Shown in pieces: positions 1-14,200 of a stretch of 63,871 bases of DNA. Both the position numbers and the translations under genes were made by a program. This stretch comes from Pavona decussata. Its lineage: Eukaryota. The stretch covers positions 1-63,871 of the forward strand of contig CDRNST010000599.1 in assembly GCA_977016875.1 (NCBI GenBank), given 5' to 3'. The notes below the pieces were generated by a model, which was given only the letters and a program-made list of their open reading frames with translations, ran no database searches and was not told the origin of the DNA. Numbering within the stretch: the stretch's first letter is position 1; each line of letters starts with the position of its first letter.

Positions 1-367
1 AATTGTCCTAATACTTACTCTATATGTGATACAGATAATACAGATACTCTGCTACTGATGCGCTTACATATGCATGGGGCGAACAGTATGGGGACACACC
101 CACAATGACACGCATTGGTATGTGCAAAAGTCACGTGGAATATTAATGAGTTCGCACCTCAATTTTAGATCGAGAACTTTTTTGTCCTATCTAGGTTTCT
201 CGCCGTCCGCTCTTTTCCTTGTCTTCAACTAAAGAGTAAGTAGAGATGAAATGCATCTACGCATTTAATTAAGAGTTAACCACTATAACAAGCGATGTGG
301 CCACAACTTAAATTGGCTCATTATGATTGGAACTAGGTCCGTGCTATTCTATACATACTATAGGAAT

Positions 368-2170
368 ATGGATCCTGGACATTCTTCTAAATTGCAATCT
401 CATGATGCTGAGGTAAGAGACAAAAGAATCGAGAAAAGGGGTCTGGGTAAAAGGGTTGCAGGTCACTCTCTCCTCTCTTTCTAAAAAAAGGGCCCTCCAA
501 GAAAGAAACAGACGACTTTGGAGAAACTTGGTCTAGATGCGGAAAGATTTTATTGTGGACCACTCTCTTCTCTGGGAACCTTTCGAATCCTTTCTAAGAA
601 CGAAATTAGAACCACTCTGGAAGAAGTTAAATGTATTTCTCTTTTTCCGATCACTCTTCACCCAACAGGGAAACATACCACTTTATCCTCTGCACTCAAC
701 AGATCATTTAGTTCAATTCGTAAGGAAGTATAGGGGGTGTATAGCCTAAGTAGTAAAGTTAATAATTTTAAAGGGAAGTGTATTAATAAAAATTAATCAT
801 ACAGCTACAAATTTGGAAGTAAAAGTGCATCATGATCAACGTAACTTTGTTGTTGAACATGTTACAAACGAAATGATGAGGGATGCTGCTACTATCCAGA
901 AGATTGAGAGTTTGATACATCATATTGCTGACATTTGTGCGAAAGCTCAAGTTGACTCGACACAGTCAGGCCATGGTCAGAAGGTTTGTATGTGTGTGTG
1001 TTTCTGTCTGTCTCCACGCTAGCTGCTACATATACATGTACCTTGTTCATAAGTGTCGAGTGAGGAGTTATAACGTTCCTTTTTGGCGTTGAAGACATAC
1101 ATATTGTGTGAGTTTCACTAAATGCATTAGACAGAAGACTCACCAACAGTTCTGGACAAGACTGGAAACGATTATGTCAAGTGCATGCTTTAATACAGCT
1201 CCGAGGGTCTCATACTTTAGTGTTCATTATTATCTTAATCTGTGTTTTTTGTTTAAGGAGGACTTTGACGAACTTCTATGGTCAAGTATTTCTTCAGCAG
1301 TGTTAGGAAGTAATTCTGTCGTGTTTACGCAATGTGAAATTGCTGGTGAAACTCTGCCTCATGGTGATGTAGACGTAATTGCTAGTCTGATTGGTGAGGA
1401 GAGCAGCATTGACTTCCCTACTGCTATTGGTATTGTTCTTAGTGAGAGCAACGCAACTGTTCCAGTTGATGATGCCATTGGTATATCAGCAAAGACACGC
1501 AATTCATTGCGCACAAAGCCACCTAGTAAGTTTAAATAAGGAAGTAAGTTAAGTCCCTTTGTTTATCTACTACAAATTTATTTTCTACAGATCCCCAAGG
1601 TGTAGTAGAATGCCTTTCATTGTCTGAGATACAGCAGGTCAGAGACAAACCTGTTCTCTTTATTTCAGGTATGTACACAAAATTTAATGAAAATCAGATG
1701 GTTTACCATCTGAAGTCTCCAAGATTTTTATTCAGGTTGATTGTTTGAGGACATAATGTTATGCAGGCTCCCGGGAGGCATTCAGACCATTCTTGAGAGT
1801 ACTGGAACTGGATTTAGTTCTCACTACTGCAGAGGCCATTAAATTTTGGAACACCAAAGAAAACAAACCACACTTGACGGGTCTTGTTCTACTTATTGTT
1901 CTAATGTTGGGAGTGTCTTCATCTTCAGGAGTGCCATTACAATTAGCAAATACACTAATACTTGCGGAGCACAAAATTTTGCAGTGGCCAAAGACAATGT
2001 GGAACTCATATTATGAAAGTAGTGTAGAAAAGTACAGTAAAAAAATTACGGCAAAGAGAAAGGGAAAACAACCCTCTGAAGTCCCTGAACGTATCACACA
2101 TTCAGTGTCAGTACCTGTAGCCATTGTTGATGAGAAAACAGTGTATTTAAAACGTTTTGTACCAAAATAA
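368..2170 (+). CDS. Cassette gene copy 1 (variant A): 6 exons, ~400 aa, putative PD-(D/E)xK/REase-fold protein
   Basis: Exons 368-412, 491-719, 805-983, 1258-1525, 1591-1668 and 1767-2170 join through GT-AG introns with consistent phases (0,1,0,1,1) into 1203 nt = 400 aa + stop. Motifs GDVDVIA...GISAK...PQGVVECL align with AKFDLVV...IETK in the paralog at 23.8-25.6 kb. The fold call is inference. Confidence 0.75.
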
Positions 2171-2445
2171 TCTTGGAAGCTGTATCATATTCCGCTATAC
2201 ACAAATTATTTCTTATACCACTTCCATTGTATAATTAAGATTCACTTTGCTATAGAAGTTAAGGTTGACTACAATGGATACGTATCACAAGTATACATTA
2301 TGCTTGACGCCTATTAGTCTAGTTTACTTCTAGTACTTCTTATAAACTTCTAGTGCCTCTAACAAAATATAGACTACTATAAGAAGCACTGGAAGTTTAT
2401 TATAAGTACTAGAAGTTGGCATCCTAGACAATAATAAATAATAAT

Positions 2446-2492
2446 AAATAATGGACGAAAAGCTCACTGTATCATACAGTGAACTTACTGGT
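2446..2492 (+). ncRNA. 3' half of hammerhead ribozyme downstream of cassette gene copy 1
   Basis: GGAC-GAAA-stem III (agctcactgta/tca/tacagtgaact)-UA-CUGGU, matching the 3' part of the intact HHR at 17492-17570. No adjacent CUGAUGA. Confidence 0.75.
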
Positions 2493-2884
2493 TGCACCAC
2501 ATAAATCGTGTGATACTGAGTGAGTATAATGGCAATGATGTTCATGCTCTGTCATGATACTCACTCTATGTGATAAAGAAATCATACTGTGTGTGTCTCA
2601 TGTGTCTCATAGTATTGCCTTTACGTCATTTGTTGATAAAGGAGCATGATACCAATGACACAGCAATATAATTATTAACAAATTAGATGATTTCAGACAA
2701 GATGACAGAGTCAGAAAGTAAGGCACGGGAAGATATTCTGTAGTGTGTAATGACTAGCTCTGTGCCTTCAGTCTGTGGCTGTCGTGGACCGACAAGCCAC
2801 TTTTACACATGCACTGTATTGATACCGTGTATCTTCCTGGTTGCTCATATATTGTCATCCATTTATGTTTCATGTTAACAAAAA

Positions 2885-5500
2885 AAGTATCTGTGAAAGT
2901 ATCTGTGAAAGTGGCTTACCGGTCCACGACAACCACAGACTGAAGGAACAGAGTTACCTCCAAGCTACTTATTTTGGTGGAAGTATCTCTGTAAGTGGCT
3001 TGTCGGTCCATAGAGTTACAGACTGTAGCCACAGAGCAATCACCATGTAATTTATTGTGGTGGAAGTGCTAGTGAAATTGGTTTGTTAGTCCACGACAGT
3101 CACAGACTGAAGGTACAGAGCTATCTCCATGATACTTATCCTGGTGGAAGTATCTGTGAATGTAGCTTGTCGGTTCACGACAGCCACAGACTGAAGGAAC
3201 AGAGTTACCTCCAAGCTACTTATTTTGGTGGAAGTATCTGTGTAAGTGGCTTGTCGGTATATACAGTTACAGACTGCAGCCACAGAGCTATCTCCATGCT
3301 ACTTATCCTGGTGGAAGTATCTGTGAATGTGGCTTCACGATCCACAACAGCCACAGACTGCAGCTACAGAGTCATCACCATGCAACTTATTGTGGTGGAA
3401 GTATCTGTAAAAGTGGCTTGTCAATCCATGACAGCCACAGATTGAAGGCACAGAGCTACCTCCATGCTACTTATCTCAGTGGAAGTATCTGTAAAAGTGG
3501 CTTGTCAGTCCATGACAACCACAGACTGAAGGTACAGAGCTATCTTCATGCTACTTATCTCGGTGAAAGTATGTGTAAAAGTGGCTTGTTGGTCCATGAC
3601 AGCCACAGACTGAAGGCACAGAGCTATCTTCATGCAACTTACTGTGGTGGAAGTACTTGTGAAAGTGGCTTGTCAGTCCACAACAGTCACAGACTAAAGG
3701 CACAGAGCTATTTCCATGCTACTTATCTCAGTGGAAGTATCTGTAAAAGTGGCTTGTCTGTCCATGACAACCACAGACTGAAGGTACAGAGCTATCTCCA
3801 TGCTACTTATCCAGGTGGAAGTATCTGTGAATGTGGTTTGTCGGTTCACTCAGTCACAGACTGCAGCCATAGAGCCATCACCATGCAACTTACTGTGGTG
3901 GAAGTACTTGTGAAAGTGGCTTGTCAGTCCACAACAGTCACAGACTAAAGGCACAGAGCTATTTCCATGCTACTTATCTCAGTGGAAGTATCTGTAAAAG
4001 TGGCTTGTCTGTCCATGACAACCACAGACTGAAGGTACAGAGCTATCTCCATGCTACTTATCCTGGTGGAAGTATCTGTGAATGTGGTTTGTCGGTTCAC
4101 TCAGTCACAGACTGCAGCCATAGAGCCATCACCATGCAACTTACTGTGGTGGAAGTACTTGTGAAAGTGGCTTGTCAGTCCACAACAGTCACAGACTAAA
4201 GGCACAGAGCTATTTCCATGCTACTTATCTCAGTGGAAGTATCTGTAAAAGTGGCTTGTCTGTCCATGACAACCACAGACTGAAGGTACAGAGCTATCTC
4301 CATGCTACTTATCCTGGTGGAAGTATCTGTGAATGTGGTTTGTCGGTTCACTCAGTCACAGACTGCAGCCATAGAGCCATCACCATGCAACTTACTGTGG
4401 TGGAAGTACTTGTGAAAGTGGCTTGTCAGTCCACAACAGTCACAGACTAAAGGCACAGAGCTATCTCCATGCTACTTATTCTGGTGGAAGTATCTGTGAA
4501 AGTGGCTTGCCAGTCCACAACAACCACAGACTGAAGGAACAGAGTTACCTCCAAGCTACTTATTCTGGTGGAAATGTCTGTAAAAGTGGCTTGTCAGTCC
4601 ACGACAGCCACAGACTGAAGGAACAGGGCTATCTCCATGCTACTTATCCAGGTGGCAGTATCTGTGAATGTGGCTTGTCGGCCATGACAGCCACAGAGTG
4701 AAGGCACAGAGCTAGCTTCATGCTTCTTATCTCAGTGGAAGTATCTGTAAAAGTGGCTTGTCAGTCCACAACAGCCACAGAGCCATCACCATGCAACTTA
4801 TTGTGGTGGAAGTATTTGTAAAAGTGGCTTGTCAATCCACGACAGCCACAGACTGAAGGCACAGAGCTACCTCCATGCTACTTATCTCAGTGGAAGTATC
4901 TGTAAAAGTGGCTTGTCAGTCCATGACAACCACAGACTGAAGGTACAGAGCTATCTCCATGCTACTTATCCTGGTGGAAGTATCTGTAAATGTGGCTTGT
5001 CGGTCTACGATAGCCACAGACTGAAGGCACAGAGCTATCTATCTCCATGCTACTTATTCTGGTGGAAGTATCTGTGAAAGTTATATTTGTGTGTGTTTGT
5101 CTCACAGTGGAAGTATCTGTAAAAGTGGCTTGTCAGTTCACGACAGCCACAGCATAGAGTTACCTCCATGCTACTTATTTTGGTGGAAGTATCTGTAAAA
5201 GTGGCTTGTCGGTCCATACAGTTACAGACTGCAACCACAGAGCCATCACCATGTAACTTATTGTGGTGGAAGTGCTTGTGAAAGTGGCTTGTCAGTCCAC
5301 GACAGTCACAGACTGAAGGTACAGAGCTATCTCCATGCTACTTATCCTGGTGGAAGTATCTGAATGTAGCTTGTCTGTGCTACTTATTTTATTATCCTAC
5401 TGGAGGTATCAGAGAATGTTACTCATACTTTGATGAGAGTTTCGGCATGCATCCAAAGGTCTCCATGCCACTAATCCTGGTGGAAGTATCTGTGAAAGTT
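2885..5500 (+). repeat. 84-bp satellite array, forward (AGCCACAGACTGAAGG strand), with a 251-bp higher-order repeat
   Basis: Unit ~agccacagactgaaggcacagagctatctccatgctacttatcctggtggaagtatctgtgaatgtggcttgtcggtccacgac. ORF starts at 3921, 4172 and 4423 show the 251-bp (84+84+83) period. Preceded by a short reverse unit at 2756-2810. Confidence 0.95.
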
Positions 5501-5540
5501 ACTTATAGGTTCACACAAGTCTGGATATAAGGATACAGAA

Positions 5541-7125
5541 TCATATGTCCTGATATGTACAAGAACAAGCGGACCATGCCGTAAAACTGTTAGCTTGTAC
5601 TGTATAGTTTGTATAGTTAGGGTGTGTTTCCATTCCTTTCTCTACCTTATCAATCATAATTTTTACTTCATCATCTAATAGTGGATTTCCATGAACACAC
5701 GGTGTCCTTTCGACTACTTCGCCACATCCCACATATGCATCTCCATTGAAAAAGTCAACTGAAAAAAAGAACAATACAGTTTAGGAACAGAAACTAGAAC
5801 ATTACGAGTAGTTACCTTTATCTCCAACCCTAAAATAGGTCTCTTCTTTCTTGTCTGCCATCTCTTCACCGTTGTCTTCACCATTGTCTTCACCATTGTC
5901 TGGCATCTGTAAAGTAAATAATACAATTGCAAGGTTCAAGTTAACATATTCACTCCTTGACAATAGCAATCATGTACTTACCACATAATCAGGATGTGCT
6001 CGTTTCCTTTTCTTTAACAATTCACTACTACTTGCAGGACTGGATCACGACACAATAATATCATGATAACAAGATACCTTAGCATAACTTACAGAACTTC
6101 CAGGTACTCCAACGGAGTATATATGCAGTAGTGAAAATCAGATAATTTTGTGCACTTTCGATACACATGGTTCTGAAATCCAGTGGGTGAATCATAGGTG
6201 GCCAAGCACATGAAACACGTAAATTTCATCGGCTTTTTGAAAGTATTAGTCAATCGATAGCAATAGCCACTTGGAGTAATCTGTAATGAAGTGTAAATAA
6301 TAATAACCAGAACACTATTAGAGAATGAAACTACACACTGGGTTCATATCTTCATACGCTTTTAACTTCCTGAAGTCTCTCTTAATCCGATCTTCTGTTC
6401 GTTGATCGTCCCCAGGTTTTTTGGATTCGAAGACTTTAGTAGATCCAGGCTATTGAATAAAATTGACCTTGGACCTCACACTGCTATTATATCAATCACA
6501 ATATCAATTTACTTTTCTATCCAATAACTGTGCAAGAAGATCTTGCGTCACTTTGTGGGCACGCTATGGAAAAAGATAATTAGTGCATGATGTAATAAGT
6601 TGTACAAGTAACTTACAAGATACACATCATTCTCTTCGGTGGCTTGTGCTGTGGGGTTGCTTTGTGTTGTCTGTGGGGTGGCTTGTGCTGTGGGGTTGCT
6701 TTGTGTTGTCTGTGTTTCAGTGATAATTATGAATATTACCAGCACATACACATATACCCATGAAGAATATGTGGAATATCCCAGCTGTTCTGGCGGCATG
6801 GGCCAGACATTGACATTCCATCCTGTTTCATTACCTTTTCATCATCAAGCTGTGAATCAAGCTGTGTGTGTGTGTGTGTGTGTGTGTGTGAGAGTGACAA
6901 GCAGCTAGAGTAACACACACTCACGTAAATTATCTAGCTACTAACCTCCAACACTCTCTCTTGAAGAAGAACCCTTTCCAGCCTCTTCATTAAACACAGC
7001 TTTTTCCCCCCTGTCTCCAAACCTCTCACTTCCAATAGTGCTTTTAGATGTGCTACTTTCATTTTACTTAACTGAATACCACCGACTTCAATGGCTATAC
7101 ATGTAGTTTCTTTCTCCTTCTCCAT
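5541..7125 (-). CDS. Multi-exon gene: N-terminal SAP domain, C2HC finger, C-terminal En/Spm Tnp1-like domain
   Basis: Exon 7125-6946 encodes LSKMKVAHLKALLEVRGLETGGKKLCLMKRL (SAP pattern). Exon 6280-6093 encodes PSGYCYR...TCFMCLATYDSPTGFQNHVYRKC. The last exon to 5541 encodes GCGEVV..VHGNPLLDDEVKIMIDKV..HPNY..SFTAW. Internal exon borders are only partly resolved. Confidence 0.65.
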
Positions 7126-7228
7126 TGCAGACAGTGGTCTTACTCTCCTTGGTAAGAAGTAAATAGTTATCTGTAATTCCAGCACGATAAGTAACACGTA
7201 AGTAACCGCGTGCTGGCCCTTGGATACA

Positions 7229-7286
7229 TGACGTCACGCGTCACAAAATTAATTTGAGAGCACAGGTAGTCATGGTGCGCATGCGC
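7229..7286. promoter_or_regulatory. Putative promoter of the SAP gene (CRE and NRF1-like palindromes)
   Basis: TGACGTCA at 7229-7236 and TGCGCATGCGC at 7276-7286, ~100-160 bp upstream of the ATG at 7125 and just inside the satellite junction. Confidence 0.4.
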
Positions 7287-7302
7287 CGCGTACAACATTG
7301 AA

Positions 7303-8486
7303 AGTGGCACAGACTGCAGCACAGAGCTACTTATTATGGTGGAAGTATCTGTGAATGTGGTTTGTCGGTTCACTCAGTCACAGACTGCAGCCATAGAGCC
7401 ATCACCATGCAACTTACTGTGGTGGAAGTACTTGTGAAAGTGGCTTGTCAGTCCACAACAGTCACAGACTAAAGGCACAGAGCTATCTCCATGCTACTTA
7501 TCCAGGTGGCAGTATCTGTGAATGTGGCTTGTCGGCCATGACAGCCACAGAGTGAAGGCACAGAGCTAGCTTCATGCTTCTTATCTTATCACAGATGCTA
7601 CTATCACCATGCTACTTATTCTAGTGGAAGTATCTGTGAAAGTGGCTTATTGGTCCATGACAGCCACAGACTGCAGCCACACAGATGCCTCCATATTACT
7701 TATTCTGGTGGACAGACAGTCACAGACTGAAGGTACAGAGCTATCTCCATGATACTTATCCTGGTGGAAGTATCTGTGAATGTAGCTTGTCGATTCACGA
7801 CAGCCACAGACTGAAGGAACAGAGTTACCTCCAAGCTACTTATTTTGGTGGAAGTATCTGTGTAAGTGGCTTGTCGGTACATACAGTTACAGACTGCAGC
7901 CACAGAGCCATCACCATGCAACTTATTTTGGTGGAAGTGCTTGTGAAAGTGGCTTGTCAGTCCACGACAGTCACAGACTGAAGGTACAGAGCTATCTCCA
8001 TGCTACTTATCCTGGTGGAAGTATCTGTGAATGTGGCTTCACGATCCACAACAGCCACAGAGTCATCACCATGCAACTTATTGTGGTGAAAGTATCTGTA
8101 AAAGTGGCTTGTCAATCCATGACAGCCACAGACTGAAGGCACAGAGCTACCTCCATGCTACTTATCTCAGTGGAAGTATCTGTAAAAGTGGCTTGTCAGT
8201 CCATGACAACCACAGACTGAAGGTACAGAGCTATCTTCATGCTACTTATCCTGGTGGAAGTATCTGTAAATGTGGCTTGTCTGTCTACGATAGCCACAGA
8301 CTGAAGGCACAGAGCTATCTCCATGCTACTTATCTCAGTGAAAGTATGTGTAAAAGTGGCTTGTTGGTCCATGACAGCCACAGACTGAAGGCACAGAGCT
8401 ATCTTCATGCTACTTGTCCTGGTGGAAGTATCTGTGAATGTGGCTTGTCGGTCCACGACAGCCACAGACTGAAGGCACAGAGCTAG
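7303..8486 (+). repeat. 84-bp satellite array, forward
   Basis: Same unit as 2885-5500; abuts the 3' flank of inverted cassette copy 2. Confidence 0.93.
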
Positions 8487-8738
8487 TCATTACACACTAC
8501 AGAATATCTTCCCGTGCCTTACTTTCTGACTCTGTCATCTTGTCTGAAATCATCTAATTTGTTAATAATTATATTGCTGTGTCATTGGTATCATGCTCCT
8601 TTATCAACAAATGACGTAAAGGCAATACTATGAGACACACACAGTATGATTTCTTTATCACATAGAGTGAGTATCATGACAGAGCATGAACATCATTGCC
8701 ATTATACTCACTCAGTATCACACGATTTATGTGGTGCA

Positions 8739-8785
8739 ACCAGTAAGTTCACTGTATGATACAGTGAGCTTTTCGTCCATTATTT
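8739..8785 (-). ncRNA. 3' half hammerhead of cassette copy 2
   Basis: Reverse complement of 2446-2492. Confidence 0.72.
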
Positions 8786-9060
8786 ATTATTATTTATTAT
8801 TGTCTAGGATGCCAACTTCTAGTACTTATAATAAACTTCCAGTGCTTCTTATAGTAGTCTATATTTTGTTAGAGGCACTAGAAGTTTATAAGAAGTACTA
8901 GAAGTAAACTAGACTAATAGGCGTCAAGCATAATGTATACTTGTGATACGTATCCATTGTAGTCAACCTTAACTTCTATAGCAAAGTGAATCTTAATTAT
9001 ACAATGGAAGTGGTATAAGAAATAATTTGTGTATAGCGGAATATGATACAGCTTCCCAGG

Positions 9061-10863
9061 TTATTCTGGTACAAAACGTTTTAAATACACTTTTTTCTCC
9101 TTAACAATGGCTAAAGGTACTGTCACTGAATGTGTGATACGTTCAGGGACTTCAGAGGGTTGTTTTCCCTTTCTCTTTGCCGTAATTTTTTTACTGTACT
9201 TTTCTACACTACTTTCATAATATGAGTTCCACATTGTCTTTGGCCACTGCAAAACTTTGTGCTCCGCAAGTATTAGTGTATTTGTTAATTGTAATGGCAC
9301 TCCTGAAGATGAAGACACTCCCAACATTAGAACAATAAGTAGAACAAGACCCGTCAAGTGTGGTTTGTTTTCTTTGGTGTTCCAAAATTTAATGGCCTCT
9401 GCAGTAGTGAGAACTAAATCCAGTTCCAGTACTCTCAAGAATGGTCTGAATGCCTCCCGGGAGCCTGCATAACATTATGTCCTCAAACAATCAACCTGAA
9501 TAAAAATCTTGGAGACTTCAGATGGTAAACCATCTGATTTTCATTAAATTTTGTGTACATACCTGAAATAAAGAGAACAGGTTTGTCTCTGATCTGCTGT
9601 ATCTCAGACAATGAAAGGCATTCTACTACAGCTTGGGGATCTGTAGAAAATAAATTTGTAGTAGATAAACAAAGGGACTTAACTTACTTCCTTATTTAAA
9701 CTTACTAGGTGGCTTTGTGCGCAATGAATTGCGTGTCTTTGCTGATATACCAATGGCATCATCAACTGGAACAGTTTCGTTGCTCTCACTAAGAACAATA
9801 CCAATAGCAGTAGGGAAGTCAATGCTGCTCTCCTCACCAATCCGACTAGCAATTACGTCTACATCACCATGAGGCAGAGTTTCACCAGCAATTTCACATT
9901 GCGTAAACACGACAGAATTACTTCCTAACACTGCTGAAGAAATACTTGACCATAGAAGTTCGTCAAAGTCCTCCTTAAACAAAAAACACAGATTAAGATA
10001 ATAATGAACACTAAAGTATGAGACCCTCGGAGCTGTATTAAAGCATGCACTTGACATAATCGTTTCCAGTCTTGTCCAGAACTGTTGGTGAGTCTTCTGT
10101 CTAATGCATTTAGTGAAACTCACACAATATGTATGTCTTCAACGCCAAAAAGGAACGTTATAACTCCTCACTCGACACTTATGAACAAGGTACATGTATA
10201 TGTAGCAGCTAGCGTGGAGACAGACAGAAACACACACACATACAAACCTTCTGACCATGGCCTGACTGTGTCGAGTCAACTTGAGCTTTCGCACAAATGT
10301 CAGCAATATGATGTATCAAACCCTCAATCTTCAGGATAGTAGCAGCATCCATCGTCATTTCGTTTGTAACATATTCAACAACAAAGTTACGTTGATCATG
10401 ATGCACTTTTACTTCCAAATTTGTAGCTGTATGATTAATTTTTATTAATACACTTCCCTTTAAAATTATTAACTTTACTACTTAGGCTATACACCCCCTA
10501 TACTTCCTTACGAATTGAACTAAATGATCTGTTGAGTGCAGAGGATAAAGTGGTATGTTTCCCTGTTGGGTGAAGAGTGATCGGAAAAAGAGAAGTACAT
10601 ATAACTTCTTCCAGAGTGGTTCTAATTTCGTTCTTAGAAAGGATTCGAAAGGTTCCCAGAGAAGAGAGTGGTCCACAATAAAATCTTTCCGCATCTAGAC
10701 CAAGTTTCTCCAAAGTCGTCTGTTTCTTTCTTGGAGGGCCCTTTTTTTAGAAAGAGAGGAGAGAGTGACCTGCAACCCTTTTACCCAGACCCCTTTTCTC
10801 GATTCTTTTGTCTCTTACCTCAGCATCATGAGATTGCAATTTAGAAGAATGTCCAGGATCCAT
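9061..10863 (-). CDS. Cassette gene copy 2 (variant B2), inverted
   Basis: Position p of copy 1 maps to 11231-p with the same splice sites. Exon 3 reads YVTNEMTMDAATILKIEGL. Confidence 0.75.
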
Positions 10864-11251
10864 ATTCCTATAGTATGTATAGAATAGCACGGACCTAGTT
10901 CCAATCATAATGAGCCAATTTAAGTTGTGGCCACATCGCTTGTTATAGTGGTTAACTCTTAATTAAATGCGTAGATGCATTTCATCTCTACTTACTCTTT
11001 AGTTGAAGACAAGGAAAAGAGCGGACGGCGAGAAACCTAGATAGGACAAAAAAGTTCTCGATCTAAAATTGAGGTGCGAACTCATTAATATTCCACGTGA
11101 CTTTTGCACATACCAATGCGTGTCATTGTGGGTGTGTCCCCATACTGTTCGCCCCATGCATATGTAAGCGCATCAGTAGCAGAGTATCTGTATTATCTGT
11201 ATCACATATAGAGTAAGTATTAGGACAATTGAGCCACAATATCTGTGGTAG

Positions 11252-14200
11252 TAGGATAAGTAGCATGGAGATAGCTCTGTGCCTTCAGTCTGTGGCTGTC
11301 ATGGACCAACAAGCCCCTTTTACTAGCACTATAATTTACACTGTCGTGGACTGACAAGCAACTTTCACAAGCACTTCCACCACAATAAATTGCATGATGT
11401 TAGCTCTGTGCCTTCAGTCTGTGACTGTCGTGGACTGACAAGCCACTTTCACAAGCACTTCCACCACAATAAGTTGCATGGTGATGGCTCTGTGGCTGCA
11501 GTCTGTAACTGTATGGACCGACAAGCCACTTACACAGACACTTCCACCAAAATAAGTAGCTTGGAGGTAACTCTGTTCCTTCAGTCTGTGGTTGTTGTGG
11601 ACTGGCAAGCCACTTTCACAGATACTTCCACCAGAATAAGTAGCATGGAGATAGCTCTGTGCCTTCAGTCTGTGGCTGTCGTGGACAGACAAGCCACTTT
11701 TACAGATACTTCCACTGAGATAAATGGAAATAGCTCTGTGCCTTTAGTCTGTGACTGTTGTGGACTGACAAGCCACTTTCACAAGTACTTCCACCACAGT
11801 AAGTTGCATGGTGATGGCTCTATGGCTGCAGTCTGTGACTGAGTGAACCGACAAACCACATTCACAGATACTTCCACCAGAATAAGTAGCTCTGTGCTGC
11901 AGTCTGTGGACCAACAAGCCACTTTCACAAATACTTCCACCAGAATAAGTATCTTCCTGGACCGACGAGCCACTTACACAGATACTTCCACCAGAATAAG
12001 TAGCATGGTGATGGCTCTATGGCTGCAGTCTGTGACTGAGTGAACAGACAAACCACATTCACAGATACTTCCACCAGGATAAGTAGCATGGAGATAGCTC
12101 TGTACCTTCAGTCTGTGGTTGTCATGGACAGACAAGCCACTTTTACAGATACTTCCACTGAGATAAGTAGCATGGAAATAGCTCTGTGCCTTTAGTCTGT
12201 GACTGTTGTGGACTGACAAGCCACTTTCACAAGCACTTCCACCACAATAAGTTGCATGGTGATACTTCCACCAGGATAAGTAGCATGGAGATAGCTCTGT
12301 ACCTTCAGTCTGTGGTTGTCATGGACAGACAAGCCACTTTTACAGATACTTCCACTGAGATAAGTAGCATGGAAATAGCTCTGTGCCTTTAGTCTGTGAC
12401 TGTTGTGGACTGACAAGCCACTTTCACAAGCACTTCCACCACAATAAGTTGCATGGTGATGGCTCTGTGGCTGCAGTCTGTAACTGTATGGACCGACAAG
12501 CCACTTACACAGACACTTCCACCAAAATAAGTAGCATGGAAATAGCTCTGTTCCTTCAGTGTGGCTATCGTGGACCGACAAGCCACTTTTACGGACACTT
12601 CCACCAGAATAAGTAGCATGGAGGTAGCTCTGTGCCTTCAGTCTGTGGCTGTCGTGGACCGACAAGCCACATTCACAGATACTTCCACCAGGACAAGTAG
12701 CATGAAGATAGCTCTGTGCCTTCAGTCTGTGGCTGTCATGGACCAACAAGCCACTTTTACACATACTTTCACTGAGATAAGTAGCATGGAGATAGCTCTG
12801 TGCCTTCAGTTTGTGGCTATCGTAGACCGACAAGCCACATTTACAGATACTTCCACCAGGATAAGTAGCATGGAGATAGCTCTGTACCTTCAGTCTGTGG
12901 TTGTCATGGACAAACAAGCCCCTTTTACTAGCACTATAATTTACACTGTCGTGGACTGACAAGCCACTTTCACAAGCACTTCCACCACAATAAGTTGCAT
13001 GGTGATGGCTCTGTGGCTGCAGTCTGTAACTGTATGGACCGACAAGCCACTTACACAGACACTTCCACCAAAATAAGTAGCTTGGAGGTAACTCTGTTCC
13101 TTCAGTCTGTGGTTGTTGTGGACTGGCAAGCCACTTTCACAGATACTTCCACCAGAATAAGTAGCATGGAGATAGCTCTGTGCCTTCAGTCTGTGGCTGT
13201 CGTGGACAGACAAGCCACTTTTACAGATACTTCCACTGAGATAAATGGAAATAGCTCTGTGCCTTTAGTCTGTGACTGTTGTGGACTGACAAGCCACTTT
13301 CACAAGTACTTCCACCACAGTAAGTTGCATGGTGATGGCTCTATGGCTGCAGTCTGTGACTGAGTGAACCGACAAACCACATTCACAGATACTTCCACCA
13401 GAATAAGTAGCTCTGTGCTGCAGTCTGTGGACCAACAAGCCACTTTCACAAATACTTCCACCAGAATAAGTATCTTCCTGGACCGACGAGCCACTTACAC
13501 AGATACTTCCACCAGAATAAGTAGCATGGAGATAGCTCTGTTCCTTCAGTCTGTGGCTATCGTGGACCGACAAGCCACTTTTACGGACACTCTGTTGTGG
13601 ACTGACAAGCCACTTTCACAAGTACTTCCACCACAGTAAGTTGCATGGTGATGGCTCTATGGCTGCAGTCTGTGACTGAGTGAACCGACAAACCACATTC
13701 ACAGATACTTCCACCAGAATAAGTAGCTCTGTGCTGCAGTCTGTGGACCAACAAGCCACTTTCACAAATACTTCCACCAGAATAAGTATCTTCCTGGACC
13801 GACGAGCCACTTACACAGATACTTCCACCAGAATAAGTTGCATGGAGATAGCTCTGTTCCTTCAGTCTGTGGCTATCGTGGACCGACAAGCCACTTTTAC
13901 GGACACTTCCACCAGAATAAGTAGCATGGAGGTAGTTCAGTCTGTGGCTGTCGTGGACCGACAAGCCACATTCACAGATACTTCCACCAGGACAAGTAGC
14001 ATGAAGATAGCTCTGTGCCTTCAGTCTGTGGCTGTCATGGACCAACAAGCCACTTTTACACATACTTCCACCAAAATAAGTAGCTTGGAGGTAACTCTGT
14101 TCCTTCAGTCTGTGGTTGTTGTGGACTGGCAAGCCACTTTCACAGATACTTCCACCAGAATAAGTAGCATGGAGATAGCTCTGTGCCTTCAGTCTGTGGC

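Noticed and set aside
2330-2545. 71-aa minus-strand ORF repeated in the cassette copies
   Set aside because: Low-complexity antisense reading of the 3' flank and half-hammerhead; part of it is replaced in copy 5.
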